64,000 nucleotides of DNA. It comes from Dicyema japonicum (Eukaryota; Animalia; Dicyemida). Below, piece after piece: positions 27,851 through 41,800 of the stretch. The position numbers and the translations under genes were made by a program. The stretch lies in assembly GCA_011109175.1 (NCBI GenBank), contig RDEW01000002.1, positions 2,086,997 through 2,150,996 of the forward strand. The letters are read 5' to 3'. Numbering within the stretch: the first letter of the stretch is position 1; each line of letters begins with the position of its first letter. The notes beneath the pieces are model-generated. The model made no database searches and had not been told where the DNA came from. It saw only the letters and a program-made list of their open reading frames with translations.

Positions 27851-30800
27851 TCACTACTTTGCATTTCTCTTCCAGATTTCTCTGCAGGAATGAGAGAAGG
27901 TTCTTTCGTACTGTAGTGGGAGCAGTGGAAAACCACAGAGACTGGATGGCGCAGTTTTAAATTATTTACTTTAGACCTCATCCTACGAGGAGACATGTCC
28001 CTTGTTTTCCTTAACTTTGTCTTCATTAGTAACCCCAGTTTCGCTAACATGTAAGAAGGTGGAGATCGCTAGCAAACTCCCGAGATCCTTACGACTTCCA
28101 AGTAAAGATTATTCAACTACGACCAGGAAGAGAGTAGTCTTTAAGTTAGCTAATTGCATCCCCACGTACCCATAAACATATGAATAGTTAGGGCTCCACT
28201 TGTGCCGTCCTCTTCACTGTCCGTTCTACTAATTTCTCCATGTAACTTTCCTCCTCGATCAATACTTAGGGTCTCCTGTTTAGAGAGTCCTCTGACATTG
28301 AAATTGTAAGCGGGGAAGAATAGAAAGACTGAGACTACGATAAAGACAACATCATTAGAGAGGCGTCCACCAATCAACCAACAAAGCTGTCTCTAAGTGC
28401 GAAGATGTAAATAAAGTAACGGGGACATACATCAAATCAGTAACATATGAGAGAACTTTTAAAAGAAAAGAACATAAGCATAAAATGAAAGTGTCCGATG
28501 TAGACTTCTCTTCCATTATATTTGCAACCTTGTTATTTCCAAAGGTTTTATCTGTAACACTAAGCACAACTGAGACGTTTCCATTACTATTATTTAAGTT
28601 TTACACCATTTATAATTATTATTTTAATTTTTCATCAACGAAAAGGTCATAGTAACAGTATAGCAACAGTACAGAGACCAAACGAGGCTGCTATTCTGAT
28701 ATTCATTGCCAGAAAATTACCAAATTCATCACATGGATAAAAACTTAACTAAGCATTCGTTGAATAACAAGTCTTTTACCATTCACAGCATTTAATAATT
28801 AGTTCAAAAAACAGACATTAAAAATTAGTTCGGTCATCCGGATCATTNTATACGGTCCGTTTAATCTTTCCATTATTAGACATGAAAATCCATAGTGACC
28901 TCAATCTAAATGTGATATGTTGAACCTTAAGAAAACTAGAGTTTTGGATATTCCCAAATAGACAGATAGAGCTGTCGAAACTAGGAATACGCCGAGTTTG
29001 TTCTCAAAATGAAAAGAGGAATGATTTGGGTCATCTGATGTAAGGATCACATAGCCACGTGAATCAGACAATAAATATAAACAACGTCCATCCTGATATG
29101 TCTTCAAAAACAAGAACTAGTTTTTTTTCGAATCAAGGTCGTCAATTAAGATGGTATAGGGATTTTTGTTGTAGAACTCAGAGATATCTGTAGAACAAAT
29201 CTAAGATTCTTGGAGTATAGACCTCAACAGTAATCCATATTCTTTCGCAACAAACGTCCATGCTTACAAAATCACACAATAAATGATAAAAGACCTTTGG
29301 TTTACGATTTCTAAGGTAGTCGCAATAGAAAATAGACATTCCCCTATAGCAACTGCTCAAGCCTTCCATAAAACGTCTACGGAATTGTGTCCCGTCGTCC
29401 ACTTCGACTTCTTTATTTCATCTCATTGACCACCAAGATGTCGATCGTGAACACGTTATCATAAACATTATACCTATTGAACCTAACCTTCTCTCATTCC
29501 TGCAGAGACATGTATGCTGACCCTGTATAAATTAATGACTAAATTGGTGGCGAAAAAAATCACAATATTTACAGGGAATTGCCTAATAACAGTTTGGCAG
29601 CTGAAAATGAGAATTTATGAGAAAAATCCCTGTGAGAAAGAATAGTAGGGTCTTTAAGTTGAACTATAATAGCATTTAACTTTTGCCATGAGAAGGTGAT
29701 CCATATCCAATTTTCGAATAAGTCAGTTAGTTAAATGGAGTCCCTCGTTATCCATAAGCATGTGAATACTTAGGTTTCTGCTTGTGCCATGCTCTTCACT
29801 ATCCGCTCTATCAGTTTTCTCTATGTAACTTCTCGACAGTCATCGAGGTTGTCCACGGGGTAGAATAGACAGACTGATTAGGATAAAGACAGACATATTA
29901 GAGAGGTTTCAACCTTTCATCCAACGAAAATGATAGATTTATAATAAAAGTTAAATTTTGATTAATTTATATTAATCTATTACTTATTTATTTAAAAAAA
30001 AGTTGTTTTACAATATGGCGAATTATTTAATACATTCAAATATTATTTGGCATGCCGTTGGCACGATCTTGTGGTCGGTTGTTTCAACTAATTTTTAATT
30101 TACTTGTTTGTTGTATTGTCACACATTTTCTTTATATTATATTACCGGATTGTTCAAATAGTTTTGAAGTCTGTTATCAGAATGTCTAATATGTGTTTTT
30201 TATTTTGGTAACCCATAAACATGGATTATTTTTATCTATTTGATTTGTTCCTATTTTTATTCTATTTTCTATATTTCGCTTCCGGTCCATATGTCCCAAA
30301 AATTGTTATGTCGTCTATATCGTGTCAAGGTTATTTTCTTTAATATTATCATGAAATTCATTCCCTAGAAGTCATTTAGTCTTATTTTGATGCCGTTGAT
30401 TTCGAATTCATGACTCGTAGAACCAATAGAGGGAACAATTTCAATGTAAAAAATTATCATGAAATTCATTCCCTAGAAGTCATTTAGTTTTATTTTGATG
30501 CCGTTGATTTCGAATTCATGACTCGTAGAACCAATAGAGGGAACAGTTTCAGTGTAAAAAATAATTTTATAAATTTATTCATTTATTTTCAATGCAACTT
30601 TGAATGTTTACAACAGCGTCTTCTAGTTAGAGAAAAGTTTTTTCTGCCTTCTTTATCAATTCACAATACCTTCAATTGGCATAATATTCGTGATAAATTT
30701 GTATGTTTTTCTGTTGAATCATGGCTCTCATTTTTGCTCGGTGTTGATCCCTTGTACCTACATAAGTTCGCTGAGGGCGAGCATTTCCTTCTTGGCATTG

Positions 30801-31259
30801 GTGTCTTTTTTTGTTTTTTTTCAATTAGTGTCTCCACGGCCTTCGGTGATTTGATATTTTCCCCTGTATACCATCTTTCAATTAGTTTGAAGGCCATTTT
30901 CTAACTCACGTTTTTTAAATTTAAAAAAATAATAATAAAATTTTTAATCTAATTATATAAATATTAAAAAATTGTACTTATTTAGAAATTGGTCAGCACT
31001 TTCTGTGTCAAGCAAGTTTAATGAGGTAATATATACGGCTGAGGGAGCTATGTACAATCGCGAAGATGTATTTAAAAGAAATGGTTACAAAAGTTATGAA
31101 GGTATCAGGCCAACTGAAAACTTGCTAATCTGAGTATTAAAAATAGTGCAGATGAATGAAAAAGAAAAAGGCATGATGAACTAGCACTCCTTGCAATTTC
31201 GATAAGAGACAAGTTCTATTATAATTTTTGAATATAATTTTTGCTGCTGGCTAACCGGA

Positions 31260-32970
31260 GCGCGACTTTCAACAAACATTGAAGAGCTGGACGCATTTTA
31301 CTATACTCTCACGAGTGTATACAATTCGCTTTTTTTCCTCTTACATTCTTCTTGTCGCCGGGGACTGGAACGCCAGGGCTAGAAAAGCCAAACTAGGGGA
31401 GACGTGCATTGGAGCACACGGAAGGAATCGTCGTAACCTTCCTGGAGAGTCACTGATACACTTTTGCACGACGTTCAACCTAATCTTATGCAACATTTGT
31501 TTTAAGCACTCAGAAAAACACAAGACCACATGGGCACCAGAAAAGACAAATTAGGCAACAAAATCCGAATATACAACTAGATTGACTACATTCTCTGCAA
31601 GCAACATCAGAAGGTATAATTCGAGGTCATTGACGGACTTGAAAGGCAACAAAATCCGAATATACAACTAGATTGACTACATTCTCTGCAAGCAACATCA
31701 GAAGGTATAATTCGAGGTCATATGACGGACTTGAAACGAGCAGCGATCACAAACTTGTTGTCGCTCGGCTAATACTAAACAGAGTTCATGGAATACATTG
31801 AAAACGCAAAGGTATCTCCTCAGTATGATACGACACGGATAGGCTACGTTATAAAGAATCTACCAGTCTTTGATATAACACAACTCTGAGGAATAGCATT
31901 AACTCCATTAACGAAAATCAACAAGCAAATAAAGTATGGGAGGAAATAGTCGTTGCTATACAAAACGAAGTTTCTAGTGTTTCGGGCTCCACCCCCAAAC
32001 CCAGTCACAAACAAAGCAGTCCGGATATAAGACGACTTTCTGTAATACAAAAAGAGCTCAGGCTCCGATCAGCAAATACAAGTGCAGCAGAAAAAATCAA
32101 CGAGCTGAAATAGTCGTTGCTATACAAAACGAAGTTTCTAGTGTTTCGGGCTCCACCCCCAAACCCAGTCACAAACAAAGCAGTCCGGATATAAGACGAC
32201 TTTCTGTAATACAAAAAGAGCTCAGGCTCCGATCCGAAAATACAAGTGCAGCAGAAAAAATCGACGAGCTCTGCACCCAGAGGGACAGAGTCCTGACGAA
32301 GATCAAACAAATACAAAAATTTCTTGCCAGAAATGAACCAGAAAATCAAATTTCAGATATTTCGAAATGTAAAGATGAACCAAGGATGTTCAGTGCAATT
32401 CGCCTTCTCATTATCGGGTGGAGTTTGGCCCCGATCACTGTCCAAGAAAACATCGGCCGTCATTGGAGACGTTAATAAAGCTAATATAATAGCTTAATAT
32501 AATAGCTGTCATCTGGTACTAACCTACAACTCTAGGACTTGGGGAATCTCTAAACGGGAAATGGACCGTCTTTACTCCTTCACAGAGCTCAGCTTAAATC
32601 GGTAATCAAGATCAACTGGTCTAGGAAAATCTCTAATGCAAACCTTTATAATATATGCAAATATGGAGTGTTGTCATATGATATTTTCAAATCAAGATGG
32701 AGCCTCTTTGGTCAAGTGTTACGTCTTAATGACCAGGTCCCCGCAAATGTCGCAATGGATAATTACTTTGCACAAACAGGAGTCGGATTCCGCGGAAGGC
32801 TAAGAATGACACTTCTGACTATCTTGAACGAAGACCTAATAGCGGTTGGTATGAGACTAACTTCGGCGGACGATCTGGACAACCTAAGAGAACTAGCGCG
32901 CAACAGAGGATCATGGTCGAGGCTGACAGAGAAGATGATTATGAATACAACACAAGGGAAACTTAACTAA
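31260..32970 (+). mobile_element. Degenerate RTE-like LINE
   Basis: VAGDWNAR..IGAHGR; DYILC; RWSLFGQVLRL..GFRGRLRMTL. Confidence 0.8.
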
Positions 32971-33049
32971 TTTTATGTTTTCTCGGAAGTGCTTTTAATA
33001 GTAATAATGATCACACCCCGACGTGGAAGAGAATGGCTCTCCACAAAGA

Positions 33050-36000
33050 AGATGTGGTTATTTCGTATCTAGGGTGATTTTTAATGTATTTGTTTATGGC
33101 TTCATAGAGGGGGCTGTCAGGAAGAATAACTGCCTTCACCATTTTCCTTTGTCGTTGAATCAAAACTTCTACCAGATGGGCGGACATTAAATTCCGGCAA
33201 TTACTCTTTTGGCAGCTTTCTGGATTGCGACAGTTTTACTAGAGATTAGCTGGAAATGGCCATTAACCATGACTCACTTGAGTAGGTCATGTCGGTTGTA
33301 TAAATTGCCGATAAACTGCGGAAAAAGACCCAGTGTTTCTTCGGTTTTGTTGGTGTGGTCGGATTTCCACATCGTTAATTGTGTTCTTAGGCCTCCTTGT
33401 ATAGCCACTAGAGTAGACGTAAGTATCAACTTTATATAAGACTAGTTCCAAGTTCTTCACAGCTATCAAACTCATAAATTATGAATGAATTTATGTGCAT
33501 TTTACAATACATTTCGACATATAGTCGTAATTTTAATGATCCGGTATATTCAAAGCAATATGCTAAGGCAAATTCTATAGAAGAAGTAATTTTTTGTGTA
33601 AAATTTCATAGTCTTCACAGATTATAAGGAAGACTAACTTGAGACTAATTCACTGAATGATCTTTCATCTGAGTCTTCCTTTTTATCCAAAATCCCCAAT
33701 TTGCACTTCAAGTAAATGTACGGAGTACCTTTATGACGATTTGGAAGAATAAGCGAGCATGATCTGGTATGATTTTACCTCCAGCAAGTTTACTACATCG
33801 AATCTAAGATTTGCCAAGATTTTTTCTAAATTACACATTTTTTAACTTGGCAAGCTGGACTGCAGTATCTAAGGGTTTTGTAAATTCCACATTATTTTAG
33901 ATTTGATTTACTAAAGCACCACGAACACCTTAATTCAAGCAATTTTCGATTTTAACACGTGGACGAACGGAAGAGATTCAACGATAATGTCTCCTGGTTT
34001 GTATGACTTCATGACTATTATGATTAAACCGTAAAGTTTCCACGGTTTTATTGAAAAAAATATTACGCAGTTTTAACGCAGTTCTCTCCATCCAATCCTG
34101 TCTTCCGATTTTTCACTACGAAAATGGTCTCCTATATACTTATTTCCCCCACCTTTAATGGGCATATCACAGTACCCACCATTGAGCGTTCTTCAATAGA
34201 TAGGATCTGATCCTGAGACTTTCACGGTGGCAATTCCGTTATGTTGTACAACATCCACGGAATTGAACTGAATCTGACCAAGAATTCAAATCTTTAGAAG
34301 TCTTATCGAATTAGATTTACCCCAGCATGGTATAATTGCCCAACTTGGTGGGTGTAATCCCTTAAATTGGAATAATCAGGGAGTTCATTGAATTTTAATT
34401 TGCATTTGACCTAATTTATTGCAATAAATCGACCTTATACGAATTAGATTTATCCCAGCATGGTATAATTGCCCAACTTGGTGGCTGTAATTTCTTAAAT
34501 TGGAATAATCAGGGAGTTCATTGAATTTTAATTTGCATTTGACCTAATTTATTGCAATAAATCGACCTTATAGTCATACCACATAGCGCTCACATCAAAG
34601 ATCACACAAAATTATAGGTCACCTTGATCTCATGACTCGGGTACTCATAAGTTTGATTTTGGGGTAAAAAAACTTAGGGGTTCAAGGAACTGATGATTTT
34701 TCCACCTCTTCTTCATTCTGACAAGAGCAATAAGTATTATTTGCTTCTTGATTTCTTGTGGTTATCTGCTCGTGGGAAACTCTCTTCTCCATTAACAAAC
34801 AACTACCAAATAGTTTGTCTGGTGGAGGATACGGGAGAGGACCAGATATCTTTGACTAAACAAGTCAGTTATATATCGTGTGGTCTCTTGAATTTTAGGA
34901 TTCGAATAGTCAACAATAAAGGTAACGAAATGCCTGTGAAAATGGGGGATATATTTGTCTTAGTAACTCTTATTTTCTTTGTGAACAATTTCATTCGCTT
35001 AAATGATCTACGTCTAAGATCACTTCTAAATGTAGCCACTGACTATGTAACCGGTATTTTAACATATCCAGCCATATTTCTACAAATTGATTAAATTTGA
35101 GGTTTTTTGACTGACGTCTTCTTATAAGGTGTGTTATTGTAGAGTTCTGGTCGAAAAGAGATATTCACGATCAAAATGGGACATTACGAGATCGAAATTG
35201 TCACAAGAATAATCGCATACGAAAGATCTTAGACTGTTTGAAAACATTAGACATGTCCAAGGCAGAAAAGCATTACGACTGGGATGAACTGTTTTGAAGA
35301 ATACACCTAGTGAACTGGAATAACTATGGAAGTAGAATCTCAGCTAACATATTTGGTTTGAAAACATTAGACATGTCCAAGGCAGAAAAGCATTACGACT
35401 GGGATGAACTGTTTTGAAGAATACACCTAGTGAACTGGAATAAGTATGGAAGTAGAATCTCAGAATAATGTTTCAAAAAGAGCTCAAAGATGTTTGACAA
35501 ATATTATGGGGACCAACCGTTGAGAACTAGTTTCTGTAAGTTGAAGATGCCTCCCCAGAATACTTGGGAAATTAGATTTTTCCATGCAAGCATATCCTCC
35601 CTTAAAAGTAAACCCGGGTTTTGGGAGTTAGCAATTCCTCGTCTATCGGGGTAACTCAATTCTCAGAACAGCTGAAGGAGTTATTTAAGTTTTCCGCCGT
35701 TGGTTGGCAAAATAGGCCGAGACTATAGAACATGAACATTGTGTAAATAACAACTACGTAGTGAATATTTTTATGGTGGTGTCTGTGCTTAAAAAATAGT
35801 TTTCAAGGTTGACTTCATTTTCGCTTTGTAGTTCAATCCCGTGTTTAATTCCTACTCTTTTAGCAATATTTCTGATTCAAATGATCATAAAGTATACTTG
35901 GATGCGGGTTCTGTGATGAACGATAGAATACCAAGTAGGTTCGAAATCCTTTCCGTTTGATTGTGCAGTAATCACTTTTGTCACCGCGAAAACCGTATAT

Positions 36001-36750
36001 TCTTTCCATTTGACAGTTTTCTTGCTGCAGATGTCTAAAAAGAATAATATTAGGGGGAAGTATTGGTGGCTGTTTGAATCTAAGGATTCCTAAACGAGTC
36101 ACTTTGATTCCAAATTTGAATAAATTCTCGTTAAAGTTTTTGTTTATTCGGCCACCTTGCTAAATCCGTTGTTTAAGGCTTCGTCGTCCCAGTTCATGAT
36201 TGGCTGGGATTTCTTAGAATTGGCGACTTTTGATTTAAAAAAGTTATTTTCTAACGATTTTAGCTCCTCCCCGTAGTTCAAAATCAGGGACCAGCCTTGG
36301 AGCATCATTCTGTAGTCGAGTTCATTTCTAGCCCACGTGTCTGTCCCGTCCGAGGTCTGTTTAGTGAAAGACAAACTGTGTAGGCTATGTAAGGCTTCCT
36401 ACTGAAGTGGGTCTCGTTAACTTTGATGTTTGGAACGTACTTTCCACGGATTCGCACGTGAATCTCTTTATGATGAAATCTAAGTGATTATATTCGCTCG
36501 ACGAAAAAATCAGCTGCATTCCGATTATTCTACGGTGGTTACAATCTTACTTCTCCATAGGTAAATTTTTGCGGATTCTCTCAAATCTGTCCTCAAATGT
36601 CGGGTACTCCATCTCTTCGATGATGATCCCATCGATGAAGTCCCTCACGTTTATCAAGGACAGCTAAGATTACAGTAAACTCAACATTCATGTTTTCCAT
36701 GCTCGAATTGAAGCTGATTAGAAGATTGATGTCTTTAGTTAAACCAAAAT
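33050..36750 (-). mobile_element. Gypsy-like LTR retrotransposon debris (RT/RNaseH/integrase remnants)
   Basis: Degenerate motifs (ELDYRMMLQGW; GSFSAVYRQFI; IRPHQQ); boundaries approximate. Confidence 0.45.
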
Positions 36751-37139
36751 CGACCATATTTGAGTAAAAATCTTTTTATTCATACAAAGTTGCAGAAATT
36801 TTCGTCAATGCTGTTTTTTATTTTATATAACCCTCATTGTTGAGAGTGTTATACTTCCGTGTGTAGAAATGTCTATAAAACATATCTCCCAAGGGAATCT
36901 TTCGAATTACCACAAACTATTCAATTCTGTAACGATTCTTGAAAGTAAGAGCAGCCTCCTCAGCTATCAATGCAGAGCTTGAAAGTCTCGAGTTAAAGGC
37001 ACCATCCAAAATCAAGTATTTCCCCGAGAGAAGGTGAATACAGTTACCCCGCCCGAGCGTTCTCCATCTCCACGATCCAAGCTCACCGGTTCCAGAGATG
37101 ACGGGAATCAAACCCCCTCATAGAGCGAATCACAACTGT

Positions 37140-37258
37140 GTTGATGACGGAATGCCTCAGGATCCTTCCACTACTGAAACAACAAGAGAACGGATGAAGC
37201 CCTTTAACATTACTTTAGTTATTTCGGGGGAGATACGAAAAAAGGTTGAGAAACACTG
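37140..37258. mobile_element. Isolated hAT terminus
   Basis: aaaggttgagaaacactg is the reverse complement of CAGTGTTTCTCAACC; flank does not match the 26784 TSD. Confidence 0.6.
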
Positions 37259-37799
37259 ACTGCCCTAGTCAAAGCTTACGAGAAGGAAGACGTGGCTTTC
37301 GTTCATTATGAGGGGGGTGTAGACAAAGGAACGTCAAATTTCTGTTAAAAACCACCTGGTCTACTATTCTTTGTCTGCTCTTACCACAGGGTCTCTCATA
37401 ATTTAACCCGTTAGTTTAACTTTTACCGTATTTTTAAAGAAATTCTGACTTTACCCATGAAACTCTCTGGAACCACACTAGTTTCATTCCGACGCGGACT
37501 GACTCGGGCCTATGGAACTTCTTACACTTCTTATTGCTTATCTGGATCTGATTCCCCCCATTTAGTCTCCTGGATTTATGGAGAAATTCAGCAACTCAAA
37601 TTTCCGTTAAATTAACCGATAACTTGGCCCAGTACAAACAGTCACAAATTATCCAAGGAAGAACGTCTACCTGTGCCGACCAAATTCATCATCCAATAGT
37701 CCATTACAGCCTTCCAAAAAAAAGGTGGATAAGTAGGTCCGCTCTCTTCCATTTTTGTCCCACGTTCTATTGTGACTTCATTCTTTAGCTAAGATTTTT

Positions 37800-38830
37800 C
37801 AGAAGGACTCGTCGCCTCACGAGTGGGATCTATTTGACGAGAATTGACCTTCGCTGAAAAAAAACCATATTTCGGATTCGAACCCACGACTTGCCTCTGT
37901 CACGAGAACAGAAACAGGTACAACTCAAAGTGGGTGTTCGTGGCGAGTGCGAATCAGCCATTCATGCCCCTCACTTTTTTGTGACCTATGTGAAGAGGAT
38001 CGCTGGGAATTATTGTGAAGCTGGACGTTTCCAACACCTTTAATTCGATAAAATCATCTAATTGAAAATGAGATTGCCAAACATTGTCCAAATTGCGAAC
38101 CTCGCATGCGGTACTCCAACTCATCTTATTAAATCATCAATTGAGATCCAACAAGGTGATCCTCTTGGTCCACGTTTTTTGCTTTGGGAGTTACGAGTTG
38201 CTCGTGCACGTGACACAGCTTTCAATTGTGGGTATTTGGACGATGCTACTATCGCCGGTTCAACCGAGTCGGTTATGAAAAGTCTTGAAATACTTCTTCC
38301 CTCTCTTAGCAGAGGTGACCTCGACTCACGAAAGATGAATTTTCTATATCGCGATGCATGTTCATGACTTTTCTCCCGATGCTGCTATTACCAATGAGGA
38401 TCATCATATGATGTTGGGCTCTCCATTTCCATGGAGATTTTCCCTCATTCTGAATAGAAACTATCAGAGATCGGTAGTGGTACTGCTAAGTTACACGCGC
38501 TTGATTCTCATACTGATTTTTAAGAATTATCTGTTCCATCCAAAATTAACGGTTTGGGGACGTTCCTTTCCTCGTTACCTTTTCATGGAAAGCCTGGAGA
38601 ATTTCAACAAACTTATTGGCAAGTCTAATGAAGAAATCGCATATATCAAGATCGACAATGTTGACACAAGCCTTCTTACCAATCAGATTTGGGGGCATCC
38701 GCTTAATCATGATGGTGGACATTTCATCGCTATCCTACTTGTTCCTATATCAACAACACAATACTCATCCAGACTATTCTTCCAGATTTCTGCTCTATTA
38801 TTTTGCAAAACGCTACTAAAAGAAAGTTAT
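37800..38830 (+). mobile_element. CRE-like RT fragment
   Basis: KLDVSNTFNSI, QQGDPLGP, GYLDDATI. Confidence 0.8.
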
Positions 38831-41800
38831 CTCGTCGCTTCTGCAACACCGTGGATAATCTCCATGTTAGATTCCTCCACGCTCTCCCTGAGAAGCGATT
38901 TTTCGAAGGACATATAGGTCGTCCGCATTTCCTAGTTTATAATGTACAGTCCCAAGATCTTCGTGACTGTAATAGGGAGAGTGTAGAGGACATCCTCGGT
39001 ATCTACAACTGCTCTGGAAGTGAGCTACCATAGCATTCTTAGGATAACTTCCATCTCTCCATTTTCACCGTTAATTCAATCGGCTGTGAATTGCATGTTC
39101 CGTAAGCTTTTCGTTACAAATCTTTTTTGGAATCCTGATTTTCATCAGCGATAGTAGCTGATTTTTGTTGTGTGAGTTTATTTTTTCCCAGTGTGACTGA
39201 TTGACGCCCCATGTTCCAGAAATGTACAGAGGTTGGGGAGGACAAACGAGTTGGAGCTTTTGGATGTTGGGGACTGTTATGAATGAAGGTCAAGAGGAGG
39301 TCTCGTATTTTAAGGTGGTCCTGATATATTGCTTGAAGATTTTTCTGAAGGTTTTCTTATTCTGGTCAAAGATGGATTGGCTTCCTTTTCTTGTTTGTTT
39401 ATGCAACCACAAGGTCCACGTGGAAGTAGAATTTAAGGCATTGGTCGTAGATTACTCTCAGGATTTTCGGAGTTTTGTGATAGGGAGGACTTCAAAATTT
39501 TCAGATTCGATTTTATGTTTAACTGAGATCGGTCGGAAGTGAATACTATGACGCTGGACTTGGAGGGGGAGGGAAGAGGTGGTTAGTCAATAACCAAGAT
39601 TATATAGAATAAGTGTGTATGGAGGCGGGCTGAGGCGAAGTGATGTTTCTATCTCGAGGACAGGACCATTGTATCTTCCATCTCGGTATGCTATTCAGTT
39701 GGAGGTTCAATATCAGAGAAATAGCAGAGACTTATGGGACTCCATTTGAGAGGTAACGGGAGCGAGATATCTATGACATAATCAGGGAACGTCAAGTCTG
39801 CCACAGAAAAATAATTTCAGCATTCGTGTATGAATGAATATTCATTGTGGTTATCTTGTTACAAAAAACACGGGGGAGGTCCCATCAAAAGCCTTAGAAA
39901 TGTCAATGGAGGTCAAGACAACACGAAGTGGCGTCTGTGATTGTTGAATCCATCAAAAATAAAGTCAGTTTACTTGGTTAAGAAAATATTTAAACAATAG
40001 AAGTCAGGTAGTTGCCGCCCTCACTGCGTGGCTGTTCCATCTCAAAATTGCGAGCGAAATTTCGCTCAAATAGCCAGCAGCGTTCACGGAGATCTCCAGT
40101 GCATGAGGTGATCCGGTTTCCAAGACGTCAGAAAAACTCGAGTGTAGAGGGGGAGTAGGATCCGGAAGTCTCCATAGCAAGGGGAACAAATTTGACATTA
40201 TAGGGAAGGTCGACGTATTTAACGAGTTTGGCCTTCTCCGCCTTTACAGATGCTGAACAGGCCTTTGTAGCACTCTCGTGAAGATTTTTCTGGGCGAACG
40301 TGTCTGTACATGTCACATCCAAACCAGTGGTTTCCCGGCCTCAAATGGAAATATGGTTATCCCGTCCGGTCGTTTCCCGTCACTTCTGCATAACCCGACC
40401 GGTTCAAGAATGGCCGAGTATCCAGCAGCATCCATAGCTCGTCTGACAATTTCATTCAGAGCCTTGTGCCTTGGGGATTTGCCAGCGCTCCTCCTGCAGG
40501 CAAGAGGGTGCAGGCCATAGCAGTCTATCAGTATGCCACATCGGCACGGGTGAGGTACACATACTTTTAGTCCCAGCCGCAGAGAGATACCAGTTCTAAC
40601 GCATTCATCATCCAGAAAAGTGCCCAAAGCTCCATTGGGGATGTCGTTTAGCCAAGCTCCGCTCTCAGGGGAAGCCTCCGAAAGCAAACAAGCGCGTCGG
40701 TGCTGATTGGCAGATTCCAGTAGGAGTCCAAATGATTCCAATAGTCGTTGAAATAAGGTCTAAGGTCTTTAAGATGGCCGGGCCTTAAGCCATCGAGACC
40801 TCCACAGCTACTTGGTGCAAAGTTCCATAACGCCGTGATGACATCCTCAGGCGACGTGGTCAAAGGGGTCACTTCTGATGGGGGCGAGCAATGGCGTAGG
40901 TCATTCGGAGAGGGTGGATGTTTCCCCAATAGATTCTTGTAAGTATCAATAACTGGATTGCGTGGTCCATCTGAGAGTGAGAGGGCCTTCAATGCGGATC
41001 GGGTTCCTCCTTCAAGCAACTTCGATCGTACGGTCCTTCTTAGGCGAAGAATCTCCGTTTCCCGAGTTGAACTCCGAGTCTCAGTTGAACGGATGCAGAA
41101 GGACGTGAGGTCCGTAAAGTGAGTTCCATCCATAAATGCGTGGATGTTGTTCTTCATCTCAATCGAGAGAGACTCTTTCCCATTGCGATCTCTGGAAGAG
41201 CCAAGAGCGAAAGGAGCAAAATTAAACAAACGTATCCAGTCGTTTATAGAGTCGGAGCGGAGAACATCTTCGATTGCTTTGGTTAAGGCTTCGGCAGCTA
41301 GGGAGCATGCTGCTTTTGGGATCTTCACCGGGATACTCCTCGATGTACGGCGTTCATTGGATAATTTGAGTAGCGAATCTGGATTCAATTGGGAAAGGTC
41401 TTCTCTGGAGGTGTATGCACTCGCGTGACCATTAGGAAACCCTCAGCCAATTCCAAAGCACGAGCGGCAGTGCCATTCCCCAAGAGCACGAATAGAGGCC
41501 TGAGAGAGCTTCAAACACCCGAGGTGAAAGAAGACTCCACAGGCAGAACAAGAAATTCCAAACTTCTCAAATTGCTCATGTTGCAGGCAGAGCAATTAGA
41601 CGATGACTTTTCGAGTAGCATTCCACTGAATCAACAATAAGCGAAAATAGTCAATAAGAGAAAGTCAAAAATAGGAAAATAATCACAATAGGCGAAAAAC
41701 AACAACACAACACACAACGACAACACGTTTTTTTTTTTGGTTAAGTGGGTTGAGGTTGAATGCTTGACGCGGAACCTAAGCTGAGAGCTGTAAGCCTAAT

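Noticed and set aside
30300-30900. Small GTPase/Roc-like resemblance (VPSIGSTSHEFEINGIKIRLNDF) on the minus strand
   Set aside because: No clear P-loop and many stops; similarity too weak to call.
37870-37910. B-box GGTTCGAATCC (minus) and a similar one near 50220 as tRNA genes
   Set aside because: No cloverleaf or matching acceptor stem; SINE or tRNA debris.
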